Assembly: GCA_038214755.1 (NCBI GenBank)
Contig: JBBQRQ010000002.1
Span: forward strand, 32,001 to 96,000
DNA from: Verrucomicrobiota bacterium
GTDB taxonomy: Bacteria; Verrucomicrobiota; Verrucomicrobiia; Limisphaerales; CANJXF01
Reading direction: 5' to 3'
DNA length: 64,000 nucleotides
A program made the position numbers and the translations under genes. Of the stretch, positions 48,576 to 55,540 are shown piece after piece. The first letter of the stretch is position 1; every line of letters starts with the position of its first letter. The notes beneath the pieces are model-generated. The model searched no databases, was not told the origin of the DNA, and saw only the letters and a program-made list of their open reading frames with translations.

Positions 48576-49868
48576 TCACTTTTGCGCCTTGCTCAACTCC
48601 GATTCGATCTCCTCGACCGTCGGCAGGCTGCCCTTCAGATTCTTCGGCAGGGATTCGACGAGCTTGGTCTGCCATTGCGCGACGCCGATGGGCTTCTTCA
48701 AATCGCGCAACGCATATTCCACCGTCAAGTTGTCGCGCTCCTTGCACAGCAACAGTCCGATAGACGGCTTGTCATCTGCGTGACGCAACTGATCGTCCAC
48801 GGCGGAGAGATAGAAATTCATTTTACCGGCGAACTCCGGCTCAAAGGCTTTCATCTTCAAATCGATCACCACGTAGCTGCGCAACCGCAGATGATAGAAC
48901 AACAGGTCGAGATAATAATCCTGCCCGCCAATTTCCAGGTGAAACTGCCGTCCCACGAACGCAAACCCGACGCCGAGCTGAAGCAGGAACTTCTGGATGT
49001 GATCCAGCAAACCCAATTCAAGGTCGCGCTCATGCGCGTCGGCGCGGAGCGTGAGGAAATCGAAGGTGTAAGGGTCTTTGAGCGTCTGCTCGGCCAGATC
49101 GGATTGCACCGGCGGCAACGTGCGCTGGAAGTTCGTAACCGCCTTGCCTTCGCGTTTGTGCAATTGCGCTTCGATGTGGTGCGTCAGCACCGCGCGTGAC
49201 CAGCCATGCTCGACGGCTTTGCGCGCATACCAAAGGCGGTCAGCGGCGGATTCGAGTTTTTGCAGCAACACAATGTTGTGACCCCACGGCAGCGAAGCCA
49301 TTGGTTCGGGCGGAGCGGCAAATTCTGTTGCAGGCTGTGACAGTTTTTGCGCCGGGAATTCTCTTACAGCTTGTGAGAGAATCTGCGGTTCGGATTCTCC
49401 AAGTCGCTGAGGAAGAATCGCCTCCTCCGGCAATTGTCGCACAAGCTGTGCGACAATTGCCGAACCCGACTGAGCAGCCGCCTTTTTCCCGCCGCCCGGT
49501 AATTGTCGCACAGGTTGTGCGACAATTGCGTTCGCCGGTGCATAACCCAGGAAGAACGCCCTCATGCGATAAAGATTCTTGCGAGAAAATCCTGCCATCT
49601 CGGGGAACTCCTCGGTCAAGTCATGCGAGAGGCGATCAAGCACGCGGTCGCCCCATTTGTGCGTTTTCTGTTGTTCAACGATGGCTCTGCCAATGTCCCA
49701 ATACAACGCGATCAGCTCGCGATTGACGGAAACCGCCGCGCGAAGTTGCGACGCGCGGACGCGCATCTTGAGGTCGGCGAGAATGGTGGCGTAATCGGCA
49801 GGCAATGCGCTGGACGCTTTGCCGCCGATGGCTTTTGCCAAGCTGATGGTTGATTTCTTTTTCGCCAT
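48576..49868 (-). CDS. DUF1016/YhcG PD-(D/E)XK nuclease family protein with repeat-expanded linker
   Basis: 'VNRELIALYWDIG', 'GFSRKNLYRMRAF', 'LPWGHN', 'KDPYTFDFL', 'DLLFYH..LR..VVIDLK', 'GKMNFY'. Confidence 0.93.
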   Translation of the reverse strand: MAKKKSTISLAKAIGGKASSALPADYATILADLKMRVRASQLRAAVSVNRELIALYWDIGRAIVEQQKTHKWGDRVLDRLSHDLTEEFPEMAGFSRKNLYRMRAFFLGYAPANAIVAQPVRQLPGGGKKAAAQSGSAIVAQLVRQLPEEAILPQRLGESEPQILSQAVREFPAQKLSQPATEFAAPPEPMASLPWGHNIVLLQKLESAADRLWYARKAVEHGWSRAVLTHHIEAQLHKREGKAVTNFQRTLPPVQSDLAEQTLKDPYTFDFLTLRADAHERDLELGLLDHIQKFLLQLGVGFAFVGRQFHLEIGGQDYYLDLLFYHLRLRSYVVIDLKMKAFEPEFAGKMNFYLSAVDDQLRHADDKPSIGLLLCKERDNLTVEYALRDLKKPIGVAQWQTKLVESLPKNLKGSLPTVEEIESELSKAQK

Positions 49869-49937
49869 ACCCAGAGTTAGCCGGTGATTCCTGGTTGATG
49901 ATGTTAAAGGTGGATTGGGTTGAAAAGCCTTTCCAAA

Positions 49938-49990
49938 CGGGCAGCTTCACCCAGCGGCACACCGAGAGGAATAAAATCTTTAGTGTTCAT
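49938..49990 (-). pseudogene. orphan duplicate of the rtcB 5' end
   Basis: ATGAACACTAAAGATTTTATC-CTCGGTGTGCCGCTGGGTGAAGC = MNTKDFI/LGVPLGEA versus rtcB MNAKDFLRTGVPLGEA. Confidence 0.85.
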
Positions 49991-50032
49991 GAAAAATGCG
50001 TTTCAACAGGAACAGTGCCACCACCACCAAGC

Positions 50033-51166
50033 TCACGCTATCGCTTGGCGCAATTCGCCCGGCGAAACAATTGAAAGTTTCAGCCTATCCTGAACCCGCT
50101 CATACGCCGGGCCGTTCAATGGGCTGACCACATAGTTTTTCCCTTTTGGATACTGTTCGCGAAACGCCGCCAGCCCGCGCGTTTCAAACGCATCCGCTTT
50201 CCATTTGCATTCGATGGCGTCAACGGCATCGCGGCCGCGCGGCACGACGAAGTCCACTTCGCGCTGCTGTTTGTCGCGCCAGAAATGAATCTTCGGCAGA
50301 TTGGCGGCGATAAGGGTGTCCAGCACGAGATGCTCCCACAACACGCCGCAATCCTCCGTTCGCAAATGATCCCAGCCGCGCGCGTGGCAGACCAACCCCG
50401 TGTCAAAACCGAACACCTTCGGCTGCGCCACGATCTCCCGCCGCCCGCCTGCTGAAAACGGACGCACCAAATGCGCCACATGCGTGATCTGATAAACCTC
50501 CAGCCAGTTCGTGACGGCAGGCCGGCTGATCTGGCTTTCGGCGGCCAGCTTCGTCACGTCCAGCATCCCGCCGCTTTGGCGCATCAACAATTCCAGCACG
50601 CGCAGAAAACCGGCGCGTTTCTCCAGCCGGAAAAGCTCCTGGACGTCGCGCGCGAAATAGGAATCCTGCCACTCGGCGTAGAATTCTGGATTGTGTTTCT
50701 CCGCGAGCAGCGCGGGCGGCAATCCCCCGCGCAACAAACGTTCCCGCAAATCCGTCACGCCGAACGCCGCCAATTCCTCGTGCAACACCGGCACCAGCTG
50801 CACCACCCGCTTGCGCCCCGTCAGGCTGTCGCGGAACTTTTGCGTGGCCGCGAGCGTGGACGAACCCGTCGCCAGGATTTTCAATTTGGGAAAATCATCC
50901 GCGCCAATCTTCAACAGCCGGCTTGGATCGGGAAGCTGATGCACCTCGTCGAACACCACCAGCCGCTTTTTCACGGAACGGAAAAAACTCTCCGGATCGC
51001 GCAGCCGTTCCGCCACGCTGGGCAGGTCGCAGTTGAGAAACTCCGCGTCGGGAAAGCTCTGCGCCAGCACCGTCTTGCCCGCGCGCCGCGGCCCGCTCAG
51101 CCAGACAATGGACGCCTGTTTCCACGCGGCGACGAGCCGTTCAGTCCAAAAAGGTCGGTCAATCAT
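50033..51166 (-). CDS. AAA_14 ATPase with DUF4143 domain
   Basis: 'GPRRAGKT', 'FDEVH', 'TGSS', 'SLTGR', 'GGLP', 'PKVFGFDTG', 'REVDF', 'IECK'. Confidence 0.9.
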   Translation of the reverse strand: MIDRPFWTERLVAAWKQASIVWLSGPRRAGKTVLAQSFPDAEFLNCDLPSVAERLRDPESFFRSVKKRLVVFDEVHQLPDPSRLLKIGADDFPKLKILATGSSTLAATQKFRDSLTGRKRVVQLVPVLHEELAAFGVTDLRERLLRGGLPPALLAEKHNPEFYAEWQDSYFARDVQELFRLEKRAGFLRVLELLMRQSGGMLDVTKLAAESQISRPAVTNWLEVYQITHVAHLVRPFSAGGRREIVAQPKVFGFDTGLVCHARGWDHLRTEDCGVLWEHLVLDTLIAANLPKIHFWRDKQQREVDFVVPRGRDAVDAIECKWKADAFETRGLAAFREQYPKGKNYVVSPLNGPAYERVQDRLKLSIVSPGELRQAIA

Positions 51167-51172
51167 GGCAGG

Positions 51173-51208
51173 CAGACTTTACGTTTAGACGGCTAAAAGT
51201 AAAGTCTG
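51173..51208. promoter_or_regulatory. inverted repeat directly upstream of the DUF4143 ATPase (putative operator)
   Basis: cagactttacgtttag-acgg-ctaaaagtaaagtctg. Confidence 0.5.
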
Positions 51209-51300
51209 GATTCGGCGCGCGGCGTTTACGCCGCTTCAACTCCCGGCTGTTGAGCGCCGCAGAGATGCCTCACGATGTCGTGCGGTGAAGCGGACTGAAC

Positions 51301-51540
51301 TTTGAATCCCAACGGGATTCCAGCGTTCAGCCAAAGGTTGCGACGAAGGAGCTATCTTGGGTTCGCATCCCAAAATATCCACAACCCCAACGCGGGTTGC
51401 ATCGTTTTCATTTATCCGTTTCTGATTCACGGGCGGACGCAACTCCTTCAGAGTTGAAATTCTTTTTTCACGTTTTCCCAGGGTAGCTCGTTCCTCGCAA
51501 CCTTGGGCTGACTGACGAAATCCCGTTGGGATTTTCAAAA
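51301..51540. repeat. composite palindromic repeat (aatcccaacgggatt family)
   Basis: aatcccaacgggatt / caaccccaacgcgggttg / caactccttcagagttg / aatcccgttgggatt, nested inverted arms; same family at 60325-60597. Confidence 0.8.
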
Positions 51541-51615
51541 GCATGAGCCGTCGCGCGCCGCGTGGCTTCACCCGGCGGCACGTCTTGGCGCGCCGAAGTT
51601 GGACGCAAGGGGGGA

Positions 51616-51643
51616 CGAGACGGAGAAAATCTTTGGCGTTCAT
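51616..51643 (-). pseudogene. second orphan duplicate of the rtcB 5' end
   Basis: ATGAACGCCAAAGATTTTCTCCGTCTCG = MNAKDFLRL. Confidence 0.75.
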
Positions 51644-51713
51644 GTCAAACAAGGGTCGTCCTCCCATTCGAGAACTTGCGCGTTCGTCGCCCCCGTCATG
51701 TCAGCCCACGTTT

Positions 51714-52454
51714 TCACAACCAAATGTCCGTTCCTGCGGCGAGCCAGTTCGGAACCATCTTCTGATGCTGCCAGTGTTCGCTTTGCTGCACCTTCTCCAC
51801 AAACTCCGGACGGACCAGTTTGGCGCGGCCTGTCACATAGCCGTCGGCCTCACTGCGAACGTAAAGTCCTTCCATCAAATTGTCGGTCTTGCCCGTGATT
51901 GGATTTTCAAAAGCGCTGTCAAACGCCGATGGCACGATGAGCGATTCCAGTTCGTCTGCCTTGGCGCGACCGCGATGAACGATAGGCACAGTATGAAGGC
52001 CGGTTCCGTCCAACATTCGCTGACGAGCGGCGAGGTCGAGAAACTGCCCGGCGTCCTTGTCGTAAATGTCGAACTCGAAAAAGTAATGCGGTAGCTTGCA
52101 ATAGTGGACGGAGTGCTTCGCGTAGAGCCATTCGCCGTAGAGGATAAACTGATTACCGAGCATTCCTTCGAGGACTGGGCGCTTCACCGAAGTCCACTGC
52201 TTGAAGAGATCATATTGCGGATGCATGCCCTCGGTAATTTCGTGACCACGGCATTGCAGCACCATGCGTCCACGGGACGTGAAATGAATTCCAACGTTCG
52301 TGCCATCAATCTTCTCCGCCACAATCAACGAAGGGTCCGCGATCAACCTCTCAGATTCTTTTTGGCCAAGATGTTTGTCGCCAGCAGTTCCCTTCGACCC
52401 GAACAGATGCGGTGTGCGTGGGTATTTGATAAAATCATCGCGGGTCGCTCCCAT
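51714..52454 (-). CDS. ATP-dependent RNA ligase family protein
   Basis: 'KYPRTPHL', motif I 'EKIDGTN', 'LYGEW', 'FDIYD', 'EGLY', 'RAKLVRPEF'. Confidence 0.88.
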   Translation of the reverse strand: MGATRDDFIKYPRTPHLFGSKGTAGDKHLGQKESERLIADPSLIVAEKIDGTNVGIHFTSRGRMVLQCRGHEITEGMHPQYDLFKQWTSVKRPVLEGMLGNQFILYGEWLYAKHSVHYCKLPHYFFEFDIYDKDAGQFLDLAARQRMLDGTGLHTVPIVHRGRAKADELESLIVPSAFDSAFENPITGKTDNLMEGLYVRSEADGYVTGRAKLVRPEFVEKVQQSEHWQHQKMVPNWLAAGTDIWL

Positions 52455-52520
52455 AGCAGTAATCGAGTTTGGTTGAATTAAGTTGGGAGAGCGAGCTTTG
52501 ACGCCCGCTCTCCCGTTGTT

Positions 52521-52591
52521 TCATTCGTTCAAGAACAGTTTCCACTCCGTGATGCCGTGGGCGTTGCGGAGGAGCGCCGTGACCGGCAGTT
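52521..52591 (-). pseudogene. orphan duplicate of the HNH gene 3' end
   Basis: encodes LPVTALLRNAHGITEWKLFLNE* versus LPVTALIRNAHGIAEWKLFLNA* at 53946-54016. Confidence 0.9.
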
Positions 52592-52619
52592 TCCCGCCTT
52601 GCGCGACCGTGGTACGTTT

Positions 52620-53867
52620 TCACAGACAAGACCACGGGAGCGCCGTCACCTTGTCGTGTATTTGCAGCGGCTGACGGCAGCGGCAAATGATGTAGGCGTG
52701 CTTCGCGTGTTTCGGATGTTCACCCAAGAACGTCAGGAGATGACGCGCGTCGGAGAGCGTCGGGTTCTCCGTCCATTTCACTTCAATCGGCGTCAGGCCG
52801 CCTTCGCGCTGGATGATGAAGTCCACTTCCGCGCCGTCATGGGTGCGGAGGTAATGCAACGTGCCCGTGCCAAGGTATTGCAGGCGTTTCCAAAGTTCGA
52901 CTCCCACCCATTGCTCGAAGAGCGGGCCGGGATTCGCCAGCACCACATCGGTGTTGGGCCGCAACCCGGCGGCGGCGTGGCGGATGCCGAGGTCGAAGAA
53001 CAGGAAGCGGTCGGTGGAGAGCAGATTTTTTCGCGGGCTGCCGGAATATGCTGGCAGACGGAAGCCGAGAAACATGTCTTCCAAAAGCTGGTAGTGGCTC
53101 TTGATGGTCGGCACGGACAGGCCTACGTCCTTGGAAATTTTGTGGTAGTTCACCATCTGCCCGGACTCGACGGCGGCGAAGCGCAGGAAGCGCACGAACG
53201 CGGGCCAGTCCTTCACCATCGCTTCGCGCCGCATTTCCTCCTCCAGATGAAGTTGCGTGTAGGCGTGCAACATCTCGGCGCGATGCGCTTCGTCAGCGGT
53301 GACGACGCCCGGGAGTTCGCCGAAGGCGAGTCGTGTGAGCAGGTCGGCGCGCGGAAATGGTTTCGTCGGGCGCTTCCCGTCCGGCCAGTCGAGCGGCAAC
53401 GGCGGCGGGGCGTCAAACTCAGCGGGCGATTCGGCAGGCGGGCGTTCAGTCAGCGTGAGCGGAAAAAGGCGGTGCAAAAAGCTGCGGCCCGGCAGAAGGT
53501 TCGCGCCGGTCTGCCGCAACTTGCGCGCGGAACTGCCGCAGAGGATGAACCGCCAGCGTTTCTTGTCTCCGTCGTAAAGATGCTGCACGGCGTCGAACAG
53601 CGCGGGCACGTTTTGCGCCTCGTCCACGAACACCCACGCGCCGCCTTCGCGCTGTCGCAGGCCACGGCAAAGTGCGATGAGGTCGTCCGGGTGGTTGAGA
53701 TATTGCGCCCGCACCTTCGGAATGGAGAGGTCAATGCGCGCGGCGTGCGGCGGCAGGAGATTCTGAATGAGGGTGGATTTGCCCGTCTGCCGCGCGCCGA
53801 ACACGATATGCACATACGGGGCGGCGAACTTCTTTCGCCAAAGGGATTCGGGCCAGCGGGTGAACAC
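52620..53867 (-). CDS. AAA_14 ATPase with DUF4143 domain
   Basis: 'GARQTGKST', 'VDEAQ', 'CGSSARKL', 'LLPGR', 'FFDLG', 'AEVDF', 'IEVK'. Confidence 0.9.
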   Translation of the reverse strand: MFTRWPESLWRKKFAAPYVHIVFGARQTGKSTLIQNLLPPHAARIDLSIPKVRAQYLNHPDDLIALCRGLRQREGGAWVFVDEAQNVPALFDAVQHLYDGDKKRWRFILCGSSARKLRQTGANLLPGRSFLHRLFPLTLTERPPAESPAEFDAPPPLPLDWPDGKRPTKPFPRADLLTRLAFGELPGVVTADEAHRAEMLHAYTQLHLEEEMRREAMVKDWPAFVRFLRFAAVESGQMVNYHKISKDVGLSVPTIKSHYQLLEDMFLGFRLPAYSGSPRKNLLSTDRFLFFDLGIRHAAAGLRPNTDVVLANPGPLFEQWVGVELWKRLQYLGTGTLHYLRTHDGAEVDFIIQREGGLTPIEVKWTENPTLSDARHLLTFLGEHPKHAKHAYIICRCRQPLQIHDKVTALPWSCL

Positions 53868-53881
53868 GGCTTGGTTTTAAT

Positions 53882-53917
53882 CGCCTGTTATTGAAAGTCA
53901 ACTTTCAATAACAGGCG
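53882..53917. promoter_or_regulatory. perfect 16-bp inverted repeat upstream of the second DUF4143 ATPase
   Basis: cgcctgttattgaaag-tcaa-ctttcaataacaggcg. Confidence 0.55.
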
Positions 53918-53945
53918 TTTAATGAAAACGCGATTCGCGCGCACC

Positions 53946-54203
53946 TCAGGCATTGAGGAACAGTTTCCACTCCGCGATGCCGTGCGCGTTTCGGATGAGC
54001 GCCGTCACCGGCAGTTCCTTCGGCGCGCGCGGAACGTTGAGCAATTTCAATACGGCTTCGTGCGGCAGGCGGTTGCCCTTTTTCGAGTTCACCGCTTTGT
54101 TCGCCCAGACGCAATTCTCCCACGCATCTTTTCCGCCGCGCGAACGTGGCAGGATATGATCGATACTGCCTTCCTCCGGCTTCAGAATTTTGCCGGTGTA
54201 TTG
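53946..54203 (-). pseudogene. HNH endonuclease, 5'-truncated
   Basis: 'QYTG.......SIDHILPRSRGGKDAWENCV......NSKKGNRLP'; upstream sequence is tRNA-like rather than coding. Confidence 0.85.
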
Positions 54204-54224
54204 GACCAGCCTCCCGGAATTGAA

Positions 54225-54302
54225 TGGTGCGGCAACCGGGAGTTGCACCCGGACGAACGGAAGACTTGCAGGTCGCCGCCTGGGCTACTCGGCTAATAGG
54301 AC
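54225..54302 (-). tRNA. chimeric/degenerate tRNA-like gene (Cys-GCA-like 5' half fused to a different 3' half)
   Basis: GTCCTATTAGCCGAGTAGCCCAGGCGGCGACCTGCAA|GTCTT...CCGGG-TGCAACT-CCCGG-TTGCCGCACCA; acceptor strands do not pair. Confidence 0.55.
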
Positions 54303-54310
54303 ATCAATCG

Positions 54311-54560
54311 TTACTCTCGGAAGTAATGATCGCGCCGACTTCCGTCATAGCAGCCAGACTGCAATCAACAATTTTTGAAAGCTGCGTCCTGAGCCGCACG
54401 AACAAAGATCGTTGCGTCCGAGCTTTTCATGAAGCTCCTTAGTTCCATAAACGATGCGGGAACCTTTTTTCAAGCGAGTTTCCGATGGATACCCTTTGCG
54501 ACGTTTGCTGGTGATCTCGAAAAAACGGGCTGTCTTGATGAACCGATTGATTTCCCTTAC
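54311..54560 (-). CDS. small SEC-C motif protein (recoded or pseudogene; absent from the ORF track)
   Basis: '[49 protein letters not shown]', then +1 frame '[20 protein letters not shown]'; 5' boundary uncertain. Confidence 0.7.
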
Positions 54561-54634
54561 GGCCTCCGGCTTAGGGGTTGTGGTTGTGAATAACTAATGC
54601 TTGAAATTTTTTCCTTCTAACGCGACAACAGAAC

Positions 54635-54757
54635 TGCGCGACGAACAGCTTTGATCCAAATACCGGCTTTGAGATCTTTGTGCCGGGGCGTGGATTGCTC
54701 CTCGGAGCAGTATTCCGCTTGCGGAAGCGCCTATCTCCTTTGAGCGTTCGCCGCGCA
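54635..54757 (-). ncRNA. candidate structured ncRNA
   Basis: 12-bp closing stem TGCGCGGCGAAC/GTTCGTCGCGCA enclosing three hairpins; lies just 3' of a tRNA-like gene. Confidence 0.55.
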
Positions 54758-54771
54758 TTTACTTTTTGAAT

Positions 54772-54848
54772 TGGTCAGGAAGCCGGCATTTGCACGCGGA
54801 CCGTCTCCTTCACAGGGAGAGATGCTGCTAATTACACCACGATCCTGA
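54772..54848 (-). tRNA. non-canonical tRNA-His(GTG)-like gene
   Basis: TCAGGATCGTGGTGTAATTAGCAGCATC-TCTCC-CTGTGAA-GGAGA-CGGTCCGCG-TGCAAAT-GCCGGCTTCCTGACCA; imperfect T and acceptor stems. Confidence 0.7.
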
Positions 54849-54945
54849 TTTGAGCGCGGAACGCAGAACGCGGAACGCGGAAAGAAAAACTCGCGCGCGA
54901 TTGATCTGATTTCCACGTTCCGCATTCCGAGTTCCGCGTTTGAAA

Positions 54946-55019
54946 TGCTCCCACGTGGACTTGCACCACGAACCTTCTCCTTCGCAGGGAGACATGCAGT
55001 TCTATTACACCTTGAGAGC
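54946..55019 (-). tRNA. non-canonical tRNA-Arg(GCG)-like gene
   Basis: acceptor GCTCTCA/TGGGAGC, anticodon arm TCTCC-CTGCGAA-GGAGA, T arm CGTGG-TGCAAGT-CCACG; A at position 8; no encoded CCA. Confidence 0.8.
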
Positions 55020-55115
55020 GGAAAGAAATTTACGATTTACGAATGACGATTTACGCGGGCAAATCCAAATCGTCAGCCGACTCGTAAATCGTAAATCCAA
55101 AATCGTAAATCGAAA

Positions 55116-55145
55116 TGGTATCCGTGGCCGGACTTGCACCGGCTA
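55116..55145 (-). tRNA. 3' half of a tRNA-like gene
   Basis: GCCGG-TGCAAGT-CCGGC-CACGGAT-A-CCA; 5' half missing. Confidence 0.65.
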
Positions 55146-55260
55146 GGTGGTGGAGATGAAGCGGTCGCGGAAACGTTTTAAAACGTCGCAAATAAAAGGA
55201 GCGGCATGACGGTGAATGAGTTGTTGATATTTTTCATAGCGGGAAAGTGGCCGGAACCCT

Positions 55261-55386
55261 CCACCGTTTCGAGTCTTTTCGTCGGCCTGCGCTACGCTCC
55301 GGCCTCCTCCAAGACTCGAAACGGTGGGAAGAATAAATCACTGAAGGTTTGATCGCACACACTGAAGGTTTGATCGCACCGCGACA
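55261..55386. mobile_element. isolated IS end (IS21-like): hairpin plus tandem terminal repeats ending in ACA
   Basis: ccaccgtttcgagtctt...aagactcgaaacggtgg; cactgaaggtttgatcgcac twice (55339-55358, 55360-55379), then cgcgaca. Confidence 0.55.
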
Positions 55387-55421
55387 GCTACAAATCTGAG
55401 TCGTGGCGACGGCGCGCTGCT

Positions 55422-55494
55422 CGTAGCCGCCGACGTGAGGAGGCGGATTCCGATCGGAAAACCACGAAACCGCCTCCTCACGTCAGCGGCTACA
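55422..55494. repeat. GTAG-type REP doublet
   Basis: gtagccgccgacgtgaggaggcgg ... ccgcctcctcacgtcagcggctac. Confidence 0.8.
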
Positions 55495-55540
55495 ACTTAT
55501 GAAATTTTGATGGAGCGCGAACCAGATTTTTCCCGGAGAT

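Noticed and set aside
49321..49527. Palindromic repeat-spacer pattern as a mini-CRISPR
   Set aside because: Spacers are mostly 9-12 bp, the units are degenerate and lie in frame inside a conserved gene; no cas genes
54635..54757. Hammerhead/twister ribozyme, 6S or SRP RNA
   Set aside because: Lacks the CUGANGA/GAAA core and other diagnostic motifs I could check by eye; left unassigned
55146..55165. tmRNA/tRNA-like 3' end (TCATCTCCACCA on the minus strand)
   Set aside because: Only about 12 nt with no T-arm; cannot be supported
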